The translations under genes were made by a program, and so were the position numbers. Below, piece by piece: positions 1-15,445 of a stretch of DNA of 64,000 nucleotides (positions are counted from its first letter, which is position 1; each line of letters starts with the position of its first letter). Below the pieces are notes generated by a model. It saw only the letters and a program-made list of their open reading frames with translations. It was not told where the DNA came from and did not search any database. The DNA comes from Eledone cirrhosa. Taxonomy: Eukaryota. The stretch lies in contig CAXHJY010000083.1 of assembly GCA_964016885.1 (NCBI GenBank), positions 281 through 64,280 on the forward strand. The letters run 5' to 3'.

Positions 1-103
1 TTATTATTAAACGTTGTTTCTTAAGGCCAGGTCGCTGGTGATGGTGATGGCGACGGCGGTGGGCGGTGGGTGGTGGTGGTTGGCAGTTGATGTTGTTGTT
101 CTG

Positions 104-138
<35 letters not shown>

Positions 139-778
139 GTTTATTTTGAGTTTTTTTTTTTTTTTCCTTTCTTTTTTTTTCTCCTTTTTTTTTTTTTTTT
201 TCCCCTTCCCTTTTCTTTTTTCTTTTCCCTTTCCTTTTTTTATGTTTTGATGCCGCTGTTGTTGTTGTTGTTGTAATTGTTGTAAATGTTCATTTCAGTT
301 CATTTCTGAAGCTGTTGTTGCTGTAAACATTAGGGCCGGTGTTGTTGTTGTTGTAGATGTTGGGGTTGAAATCTGGTTGTTTGACTGAGTGATGTATATT
401 ACAACACATATACATACACACACATATATATATATACATTCATCAGAGAGTAGAGAGTTTGACAACAGGTCGATGACTTTAGTCCTCGATAGGGTATGGG
501 TATGGTAATGACATGTGATGGGTGGGGAGAGAGTGTAGACGTTATTGTGGTGGTGTGGGACAGTGAGATGTATCTAGTTCATTTGACCGTTTTTCTTCTC
601 TTAGCAAAATTTGAATTCTAGCCATGTTATATTGAGATGTAAGTAAATGTAAAAATATAAATAAGGATTGCTCTGCTAAAATATACTAAAAATATTTGTG
701 TAACTTCCACAAAACTTCTGTCGTGACATTCCCGAGACCAGTAAACCAACCAATATATATATATACATACATACATAC

Positions 779-873
<95 letters not shown>

Positions 874-1020
874 CATATATGTAGATAAATCTACCAAGAG
901 TTTACGGTAGTGGTCCAATCCGTATGAAGAAACTCAAATGTATTCCGGATATCATGGAAAGAAGAGATGTAATGAAAAATCACTTTCGGTGAAAGATAAA
1001 ACGGAATACAGAGTCAAGTT

Positions 1021-1418
1021 AAAATATTTAAACAAAATAATGAATAAAAACAATGAAACAGTTTCCTTATATTAAACAAAAAAAAGTTCATTATTTAACG
1101 ATCGTTTTCTAGGAATATATATGTGTTAGAATTTGGCATGGCATATTCAACAGATCTATGTACAAAAATTATACAAAATTATACAAAACTATCAAGATTA
1201 AATATACATACCAAAACACACATATATGCCGTCTTCAGAAATAATGAAATATATTTATTGATAATAACAAACAATTCAAAATTTCAGGTCCGTTTGGGAA
1301 CGGAGTTCAAAATTGGACCAATGAAAAATACAAAAAGTTTTTATGCAGTTTGGTGTGTGTATATACATGTAACTAACCCCGTACAGATATTTATACAAAG
1401 ATATATGCTCAACATGCA
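1021..1418 (-). repeat. Left arm of a ~390 bp inverted repeat pair (partner 2401-2784); Penelope pLTR-like, contains a hammerhead motif
   Basis: 1021-1418 is the reverse complement of 2401-2784 apart from a few small indels. Confidence 0.85.
1087..1248 (-). ncRNA. Type I hammerhead ribozyme candidate with long stem II
   Basis: Minus strand: TTCATTATTT CTGAAGA [long stem II] GAAAAC GATC GTT AAATAATGAA. Stem I is 10 bp. There is an extra A in GAAAAC. Confidence 0.6.
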
Positions 1419-2400
1419 TCGGCAGAGGGCTCAATAATTCAGATGAATCAGAGGCTATAACTATCGTTTAAAATACCGTCACATATAGATCAAGTCTACA
1501 ATCAACCATACGATATAAAATCGATAAAGGAAGATTCGGGGACAAAACAGATAAAAAAATATCAATAAAACAATACGTCAATAATTTAAATGAATGTAAA
1601 AATCATACCCGGACCCACTAGGACAGGTGTTAAATCTAGCTTCATGGGTTTCTGTAAATCCTTAGACTGTACTCTATCAGCTCACATATAAATATAAAAA
1701 GCCTACTAGAGCAAGCGGAACGGAGTTTTACTTTCTCAACGAGCTTTTTTTCCTGGCGGTAGAGGAGCCAACTACCAGTGAAAAACGCACATGGCATTAG
1801 ACAGGGGAGATAACCCCTATATCCGCGAAAAACAATTCGAGTGAATGCGGAAATACACATATCGAATTAGAGTGCTCAATAGACATGTTTAAAATAAAAA
1901 CAAAAGCTATTCATCACTATATATATATATATATATATATTTTTCTTGATATATTTCTTTTTTCTTTTTCTTTTCTTTTCTTTTTATTTCTAAGTTTATA
2001 GATACATCTATAAATGAGCAGTCTGCCCCAATCCGTTTGAATACTGACCTCTCCCCCCCCCCCCCTCCCACCTAATTTTCTGTATCTTGATCTAAAAAAT
2101 GTGTGTGGCAGTGTTTTATGTGAGTGAATTAATATCCATGTGCTTATGATAATATTATATCCACATATATATGTGTGTGGGGGTGTGTGTGTGTATGTAT
2201 GTTCGTAATTATGTGTATGTTTATGCATATACGCGCGCGTGTGTGTGGAGTGTTACGGATATGTGTGAGTATGAGAATATGTGTATACACTTATTTTCAT
2301 ATTTATGTGTCTATACGCATTTTTATCTGTGGATTATAAAACTTACAGAGGACATTAGCCTTGAATTTTTGTATTTGCATACATCTTTTTGGCATGCGTA

Positions 2401-2784
2401 TGCATGTTGAGCATATATCTTTGTATAAATATCTGTACGGGGTTAGTTACATGTATATACACACACCAAAACTGCATAAAAACTTTTTGTATTTTCATTG
2501 GTCAATTTTGAACTCCGTTCCCAAACGGACCTGAAAATTTTTGAATTGTTGTTATTATCAATAAATATATTTCATTATTTCTGAAGACGGGCATATATGT
2601 GTGTTTGGTATGTATATTTAATCTTGATATTTTGTATAATTTTTGTACATAGATCTGTTGAATATGCATGCCCAATTCTAAACACATATATATCCTAGAA
2701 AACGATCGTTAAATAATGAACTTTTTTTTGTTTAATATAAGGAACTGTTTCCATTGTTTTTATTCATTATTTGTTTAATATTTT
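2401..2784 (+). repeat. Right arm of the inverted repeat pair (partner 1021-1418)
   Basis: Reverse complement of 1021-1418. Confidence 0.85.
2571..2720 (+). ncRNA. Type I hammerhead ribozyme candidate with long stem II
   Basis: TTCATTATTT(2571-80), CTGAAGA(2581-87), stem II ATATATGTG/CACATATAT, GAAAAC(2698-2703), GATC GTT, AAATAATGAA(2711-20). Stem III is the palindrome AACGATCGTT. Confidence 0.6.
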
Positions 2785-2785
2785 A

Positions 2786-5834
<3,049 letters not shown>

Positions 5835-5917
5835 CATATTGTTGGTTTCACACACAAAACAAAATGGCGTAGGATAGAAGAAAAAGAAAAGGCACAGAAA
5901 CGAAGAAAGAAATCCCC

Positions 5918-5963
5918 AGTCACTGAAGAGGTCACAGAGTGTGTGACGAAAGAACTATGGACT
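5918..5963 (+). ncRNA. Minimal type I hammerhead-like motif
   Basis: AGTCA CTGAAGA G GTCACA-gagtg-TGTGAC GAAAG AA CTA TGGACT. The core is intact and stem II has 6 bp. Stem III is minimal and stem I is bulged. Confidence 0.55.
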
Positions 5964-6761
5964 ATATATATATAAAACAACTATCTGGTTGTGGAACCAA
6001 CCAACCAACCAGAAATTTATAAATTTGTAAATTTATAAATATATAATAAATTAAATTGAAGTGAAAAGCAACTGGTGCGTGTGTTTCTTATTGGCAAACA
6101 TGGACCCTCCCAAAGTATAACAATATATATATATATACATACATATATATATGTATATATATACATACATATGTGTATATATATATAATATATACATACA
6201 TATTGTATATATATATACATACATATGTATATATATATATACATATATACATACATATGTATATATATATACATACATATGTATATATATATACATATAT
6301 ATACATACAAATATATATATATTATATATATATATATACATACATATGTATGTATATATATATACATATATATATACATAAATATATATATATATATACA
6401 TATATATATACATAAATATATATATATATATACATACATATTTTATATATATATATATACATAATATATACATAGAAATATATATATATATACATATATA
6501 TACATACAAATATATATATATATATACATATATATACATATTGTTATACTTGGGGAGGGTCCATATTTGCGTAATATTGCCAGAATTAATAACAGAACAC
6601 ACTCACTGTTTTGGTTGGTTTTTCGCTTCTCGCTGTCCTTTTATTATATCTGCGATCTAACTTACTTGATCTAACAGACATATGGTATATATATACATAT
6701 ATATACATACAAATATATATATATTATATATACATACATATGTAAATATATATATACATAT

Positions 6762-9700
6762 ATCATCATCCATCATCATCATCGTTTAACGTCCGTGTTC
6801 CATGCTTGCATGGGGTTTGGACGGAGGGTTTTCCCCACTTGAGGCAAGAGTGGTTATCTTGCTCGCATAGGGGACTATCTGGCGGGTTTTCTACAGCTGG
6901 ATGCCCTTCCTAACACCAACCACATTTACAGTGTGGGGCTGGGAGGTTTTTTACCGTGTTGCCTACATGGCCACATTACAGCGTGAACTGTGTGTTTTTT
7001 TTGACGTGGACACCTACACGATCTCATTTGTTTTCGGCCTGGATGTTGTGGCACCAACATAACTTTACATTGAAAGGGGCGGTGTGGATTGGGGTGGGGG
7101 GTGGTGGGGACGGGGGGGTATTTTGTTAGAGATGCCTACTGACTGTAGTAGGTTTTACTTTGTATTTAGGTAAGGCGGGTCTTCTCTATTACTGAGTACC
7201 GCCAAAGGTCTCGGTCCAGTGACATTGTCTTGGTGAGGTGTAAGTGTGTGAGGTCGGAATTTATCAGCTCATCCCAGGTTTTTCTGGTTCTGCCTATTCC
7301 GTGGCTACCGTCTATCTTTATTGCCCTGCACTTTGTTATACAGCTATTGTCCTTCATGCGCATCACGTGACCATACCAACGTAGCCTTCTCTCGAGTAAA
7401 CAACATCTGATCCCTCTTATTTCTAATTTTTTCCTTAGTTCGTTTATGCTTTGCCGTTCACGTATATTACTATTACAAATCCAGCGGAGCATGCAAGCTT
7501 CGTTTCTCTCTAGTCTGCGTATATCCTCTGCACACAATGCCCAGGTCTCACTGCCGTGCAACATTGCTGTTCGTATGCAGGCATCCTGCCTTTCATTTTT
7601 AGGGAGAACCCTTTAGCGGCTAATAGTGGTATGAGCTCTCTGAACTTTTTCCACCCAGTTCTGACTCTAGCTACTGTACTTTCAGAGCACCCTCCCCCAC
7701 TGCTGATTTTGTCACCCAGGTAATGGAAGCTGTCCACTATTTCTATAGAACCCTCTGCGCAGTTGAAAGAGCTAGTATTTTTTGGCCACTTGCTGCTACT
7801 TATTGCACCAGAACACCGGCCACATGTAAAATCTATGTTCTTAGTTAGCTTACCTGTGATCCCACTACATCTTTTATGCACCCAAACTTTGCATTTGGGA
7901 CACAAAATGGAGTTTCTACCCACGCCTTTGCTACACACTGAGCATGGCCATTTCCCGGAAGGGACCGCCGCCTTATTTTCTTTCCTACAAACTAGAACTT
8001 TAGTCTTAGCCAGGTTAATTTTAACGCCTTTTGATTCTAGGCCGTGCTTCCATGTTTGGAATTTCTTCTCTAGGTCACCCATTGATTCAGCTATGAGCGT
8101 TAGATCATCTGCGTATAGGAGTTCCCATGGGCAGCCGGTCTTGAACTCCTCTGTTATAGTCTGAAGGGCAATAATAAATAGTAGGGGGCTAAGAACAGAG
8201 CCCTGATGAACACCAACTTTTACGCTAAACTCTTCACTATATTCGTTGTTAATTCTAACCTTGCTGACTGTTTCTTTATACATGGCTTGTATAGCTCTCA
8301 CAAGCCATTCGTCAACACCTAGTTTTCTAAGAGCCCACCAGATAATGGAACGGGGGACTCTGTCGAAGGCTTTCTCCAAGTCAACAAAAGCTAAGTATAG
8401 GGGTTTACTTTTAGCTCGGTACTTCTCCTGTAGTTGTCGTACAATGAAAAGAGCGTCTGTGGTACTTTTGCCTGACACAAACCCGAACTGCATTTCATCT
8501 AGATCAATTCTCTCTCTGATTAGTTGCGCTATTACTTTTTCCGTGACCTTCATGACCTGGTCGATTAATTTAATGCCTCAATAGTTACTCCTATCTAGGG
8601 CATCTCCTTTACCCTTGTAACAGTTAATGATGATGCTGCTACACCAGTCCTTCGGAACAACCCCATTCTGTACGACTTGGTTTACTATCCGGGTGACCAT
8701 GGTGTGTCCCACCGTTCCAGATGCCTTCAGCATCTCAGCAACTATTTCCGAAGGCCCAGCCGCCTTACCCGTCTTCATATCTTTGATTGCCTTACTTATT
8801 ATACTACGCTCGACTAACACTGCTGGTCCCTCTATTGGGTCGATGTGGGGGAGACTGTCTTCCTCCCATTTGTTATCCTCATTTAGAAGCCTTTCGTAGT
8901 GACACTTCCAAGCTACCTTCTTATCAAGTACGCCATCATCATTAAGTACACACTTCTCCCCGACAATATCAGGTTTTTCCTTGACACATTGCCTAGCAAT
9001 CCTGAACACCTCACGTTTTTGGTCCTCGCGTTGTAGAACATGCTTGAACTTTCTTTCCTCTGCTTCCCTTCTTGCGAAGTACACTTGTCTCCTAGCTTCC
9101 CTCCTGGCCACTTGATAGTCTTCTCTACTTCCCCCATCCCGCCATACTTTCCAAGCCTGCTTTTTGGCCTTAATTGACCCCTCCACCTTACTGTTCCACC
9201 ACCATGTTACTCTCCTCCTGCCTACAGGCCTGCTCCAGCCACAGACTTCGTCTGCCGCCATCAGCAGGTTTGCTTTCAGGAATTCCCACTGTTCCTCTAT
9301 ATTGTACGACTCTAATTGCTCTTCCTTACTGTCGAAAGCATCAAGTAGTATGCTTTTAAATTTATTTCTGGCTGTGGGGTCCTTTAGCTTCAAAATTTTT
9401 CACCTGAGGATAGTCCTCTTCTGCTGTCTAGTACGTCTCATCCTGACTATTAGGTCGCTAATTATCAGTCTATGTTGGAAGGTGCATTCTTCATGGGGGA
9501 GGGATTTAGTGTTCACAACAGACACTCTGTCACGTTTTCTGATAAGGATATAATCTACCTGGCTTGTGTGTTCCCCCGATCTATAGGTGATCAGGTGATT
9601 GTCTCGTTTTTTGAAGTTAGTGTTACAGATGGTTAGGTTATTTGCGTCACAGAATTCCAGGATTCTGGAGCCTTCCTCATTTCTAGTACCAAACCCATAG

Positions 9701-10674
9701 CCTCCATGGATTCCGTCGTAGCCGTCACAATGTTGTCCAACGTGACCATTTAGGTCGCCTGCAATAATTATATAGTCACTGTCGGTTATTGGGAGGTAGT
9801 GAGCATCAGCGTCTCATAGAATCTGTCTTTTATAGTGCCGGGCAGTCCGGATTGGGGTGCGTACGCAGATATTACTGTCACCGTAGTTCTATTGAGGACA
9901 AGTCTTATTTTAATTATTCTGTCGTTCACTCTATTTACGTCAATTATCTTATCTGCCCACTTTTCTGCTACCATGATTCCTACCCCACCCAGCCCATTGT
10001 CATTTCCCACCCAGAAAAGCTTATAGCATCGTTTTTTACCCACAATCAATCTAGCAGACCCTCCCCTCCACCTAGTCTCTTGAATACAACAAACATCGAC
10101 CTCCTTACGTTCAAGCATTTCTACAACCTCGTTAGAGCGACCCTTTAAGGTGCCTACATTCATGGTACCAACTCTGAAGTTTTGGATTGCGTTTGGAGGG
10201 TGGGGGCAGTGAGGCGCGGGGGGAGATGGGGTTATGTTAGCCATCCGCGGGCGAAACAAAGAGGAGGAGTGCTCGCATTGTCGTCCACGAGGTGAATTTG
10301 TCTTTATCTTTGGCATTGTCGCTGAGGGTCCAGATTTCTCTCTCTTCAACTCTCCAGAATTCCGTAGTCCATCCATAATATCGAAAGGCAACCAGGTAAG
10401 CGATAGTATAGGCCTCTGACTTATGATTGATCCATGTAATAATAATGGTGGTGCGTGGGGGCGGGAGGGATGTTGAGTTGTTAGCGAGAAGGTAAGGTTT
10501 AAATAAGATCCTCGTATTTTGGGCATAATTTAACAAGCATTAACAAAAATACAAGATTTGTTTTGGAAAAGACGACAGAGTAACGAGTAGAGAGAGGCAA
10601 AGATTGGATTCGGGGAAAAGAAAATGATAGAGAATTGTCGGATGGGTGGACTAAGGAATTGAAATGGAGTGGAT
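6762..10674 (-). mobile_element. Near full-length RTE-clade LINE (APE + RT with PHD insertion), decayed
   Basis: APE motifs GTMNVGTL, QETRW, SAYAPQ and GDLNGHVG; RT motifs [16 protein letters not shown] and YADD; C-terminal [12 protein letters not shown]. The 3' UTR ends in an (ATG)n tail at 6762-6783. Confidence 0.93.
7166..10526 (-). pseudogene. RTE endonuclease-reverse transcriptase ORF, disrupted
   Basis: Split over ORFs 9786-10526, 8578-9393, 7510-8553 and 7166-7564. Frameshift at ~9789, nonsense codon at 8578 (AGA>TGA relative to the 28 kb copy), small deletion at ~7585. Confidence 0.9.
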
Positions 10675-11973
<1,299 letters not shown>

Positions 11974-12063
11974 TGGAAAGTTATATTTAAATTGTTGGGT
12001 TACAACTAGTAAATATTTATAACTGATATAAAAGCACTCGACAAGTATTTGGAGTATATTTAC

Positions 12064-12219
12064 AATATTAAATAAATGGAAACTATATTTAAAAAACCAT
12101 ATTTATTTCATTATATATATTTCAGGGATATCATATTAACATAGCATATTGTTAATATGATATCCCTGAAATATATATAATGAAATAAATATGGTTTTAT
12201 AAATATAGTTTCCATTTAT

Positions 12220-12227
<8 letters not shown>
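12064..12227. repeat. 78-bp-arm palindrome with 8 nt loop, within a repeat related to 51734-51970
   Basis: 12064-12141 is the reverse complement of 12150-12227 with one mismatch. Confidence 0.9.
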
Positions 12228-12292
<65 letters not shown>

Positions 12293-12293
12293 T

Positions 12294-12324
<31 letters not shown>

Positions 12325-12765
12325 CATACATACATATATATATATATACATACATACATATATATACATATACATACATACATATATATACATACATACA
12401 TATATATATATATACATACATACATATATATATATATACATACATATATATATATATACATACATACATATATATATATATACATACATACATATATATA
12501 TATATACATACATACATATATATATATATACATACATACATATATATATATATACATACATACATATATATATATATACATACATACATATATATATATA
12601 CATACATACATACATATATATATATATACATACATACATATATATATATATACATACATACATATATATATATATACATACATACATATATATATATATA
12701 CATACATACATATATATATATATACATACATATATATATATATACATACATACATATATATATAT

Positions 12766-13903
12766 ATGTGTCCCAAATGCAAAGTTTGGGTGCATAAAAG
12801 ATGTAGTGGGATCACAGGTAAGCTAACTAAGAACATAGATTTTACATGTGGCCGGTGTTCTGGGGAAATAAGTAGCAGCAAGTGCCCACAAAATACTAGC
12901 TCTTTCAACTGCGCAGAGGGCTCTGTAGAAATAGTGGACAGCTTCCGTTACCTGGGTGACAAAATCAGCAGTGGGGGAGGGTGCTCTGAAAGTACAGTAG
13001 CTAGAGTCAGAACTGGGTGGAAAAAGTTCAGAGAGCTTATACCACTATTAGCCGCTAAAGGGTTCTCCCTAAAAATGAAAGGCAGGCTGTACGATGCCTG
13101 CATACGAACAGCAATGTTGCATGGCAGTGAGACCTGGGCATTGTGTGCAGAGGATATACGCAGACTAGAGAGAAACGAAGCTTGCATGCTCCGCTGGATG
13201 TGTAATAGTAATATACGTGAACGACAAAGCATAAACGAACTAAGGAAAAATTAGAAATAAGAGGGATCAGATGTTGTTTACTAGAGAGACGGCTACGTTG
13301 GTATGGTCACGTGATGCGCATGAAGGACGATAGCTGTATAACAAAGTGCAGGGCAATAAAGATAGACGGTAGCCACGGAATAGGCAGACCCAGAAAAACC
13401 TGGGACGAGCTGATAAACTCCGACCTCACACACTTACACCTCACCAAGACAATGTCACTGGACCGAGACCTTTGGCGGTACTCAGTAATAGAGAAGACCC
13501 GCCTTACCTAAATACAAAGTAAAACCTACTACAGTCAGTAGGCATCTCTAACAAAATACACCCCCGTCCCACCACCCCCACCCCATCCACACCGCCCCTT
13601 TCAATGTAAAGTTATGTTGGTGCCACAACATCCAGGCCGAAACAAATGAGATCGTGTAGGTGTCACGACAAAAAAACACACAGTCCACGCTGTAATGTGG
13701 CCGTGTAGGCAACACGGTAAAAATCTCCCAGACCCACACTGTAAATGTGGTTGGTGTTAGGAAGGGCATCCAACTGTAGAAAACCTGCCAGACAGTCCTA
13801 TGCGAGCAAGACAATCACTCTTGCCTCAAGTGGGAATACCCCCGTCCAAACCCATGCAAGCGTGGAACACGGACGTTAAACGTTGATGATGATGATGATG
13901 ATG
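12766..13903 (+). mobile_element. 5'-truncated copy of the RTE-PHD LINE
   Basis: Starts inside the PHD ([12 protein letters not shown]), frameshift at ~13250, and has the same 3' UTR, terminal stem-loop and (GAT)n tail as 6762-10674. Confidence 0.93.
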
Positions 13904-14284
13904 ACAAAACCACAAAACAAAACCAAACAAACAAAAATTGACCGGTTAATACATTTACATACATCTATATTATTATATATTTGAAAATTGACCGGTTAAT
14001 ACATTTACATACATCTATATTATTATATATTTGAAACCACGTGTTTTCGAACTTGTGAGTACATTTTCCTTTAACTACAAATTATTATTATATACTTTCG
14101 TCTTTTCATTAACTTAATTTCAAATAACCAGAATATACATATATATATATATACTCATATTTATATATATACTCTTCTCACTCACACACAAGAAAAACAA
14201 AAAACAAAAATAAATCAAAAATAAATTAAAAAAAATATATATATATTGAAATACTTAACTAAAACACACACACTCAAAACTAGA

Positions 14285-14621
14285 ATGGCTAACCAGCAAA
14301 AATCCAAACAGAACTGGTCTGATAATGAAATCGATGTTCTAATAAACACATGGCATTGCCTTACCCAAACAGAAGACATAGATGCTTCATCTCTGAACGA
14401 CATTGCTAAACGTACAGTTCAATTTTTGAAAACTCGATCTGAACAACAGATTCAAAATAAATTAAAGCAAATCGAAATTGCTTTTAATTTAATCAATAAA
14501 CATTTGGATAAACTACGGTGTGTTTTTTCTTCGAATGCTGTCCAGCAGCAGCAACAACAACAACAGCAGCTACAACGGCAACATCAACAACAGCTACAAC
14601 AACAACATCAACATCAACATC

Positions 14622-14652
<31 letters not shown>

Positions 14653-15445
14653 GTGTGAACCACTCCTTGATTCATCAACAATGGCCGATCTACTAAATGA
14701 AACTATTGACCCCCCAGTAGCCTCTGTCTCACAGCATGAAACGCCACATCCTTTCTCTGGCCCAGCAGTCCAATCATCACCACTGCCAACATCTCTGCCT
14801 ACTACTACTACTACTACTACAACATTTTTGTCTACTGCTATGTCAAGGAATTTACCTTCTAATACCAGTACAAGAACTCTCCCTCCCACAGTCCACAAAG
14901 GTCGTCAAATCCTACCCAAACCATCATCTACACCTCTCACAACAAACACACCCACATACCCACCCACTCGAAACCCCATCATTTGCCGCTACTCTCTACG
15001 CTATAGAATATGTACGGATAGTGGCTGCAAATTCACCCATTTACCTAGGACAAAACGATCTATCCCCACAAACAGCCACCACCATAATACATACTCTAAT
15101 TTAACACCAACACAACCACCAATAACTCAAACAAGGAATCCACAAATCTGCCGCTTTTCCCTGCGAGACAGATTGTGTTTAGACCGGGATTGTCCCTTTA
15201 CCCATCTCTCGGGGACCCGTCGGACAAATGAAAATAAAATTAAAAATAAAAGCAAAAACAAAAACCATAACCTACATAAAAATAACCACTACCACAGTCA
15301 CCAACAGTCTTCTAAACAGGAAACTTCTTCCTCTTTTTTAGCCATAATGAATCTGGCAAAAGTACTGGAAAAAAACATTCGAGCTATCACCCAGCACCAC
15401 CCTCCACTATCACCCCACTGCACAAACTCCCATTGCTGCCATTAA
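14285..15445 (+). CDS. CR1-type ORF1: Myb/SANT-like N-terminus, polyQ, two CCCH zinc fingers
   Basis: First ATG at 14285. WSDNEIDVLINTW...RSEQQIQNKLK, plus CRYSLRYRICTDSGCKFTH and CRFSLRDRLCLDRDCPFTH (C-x8-C-x4-C-x3-H). Confidence 0.8.

Noticed and set aside
1-625. GT/T-rich ORF 14-250 and adjacent sequence
   Set aside because: Low-complexity (GT)n, poly-T and (GTT)n. It may be part of an element continuing outside the window but cannot be classified.
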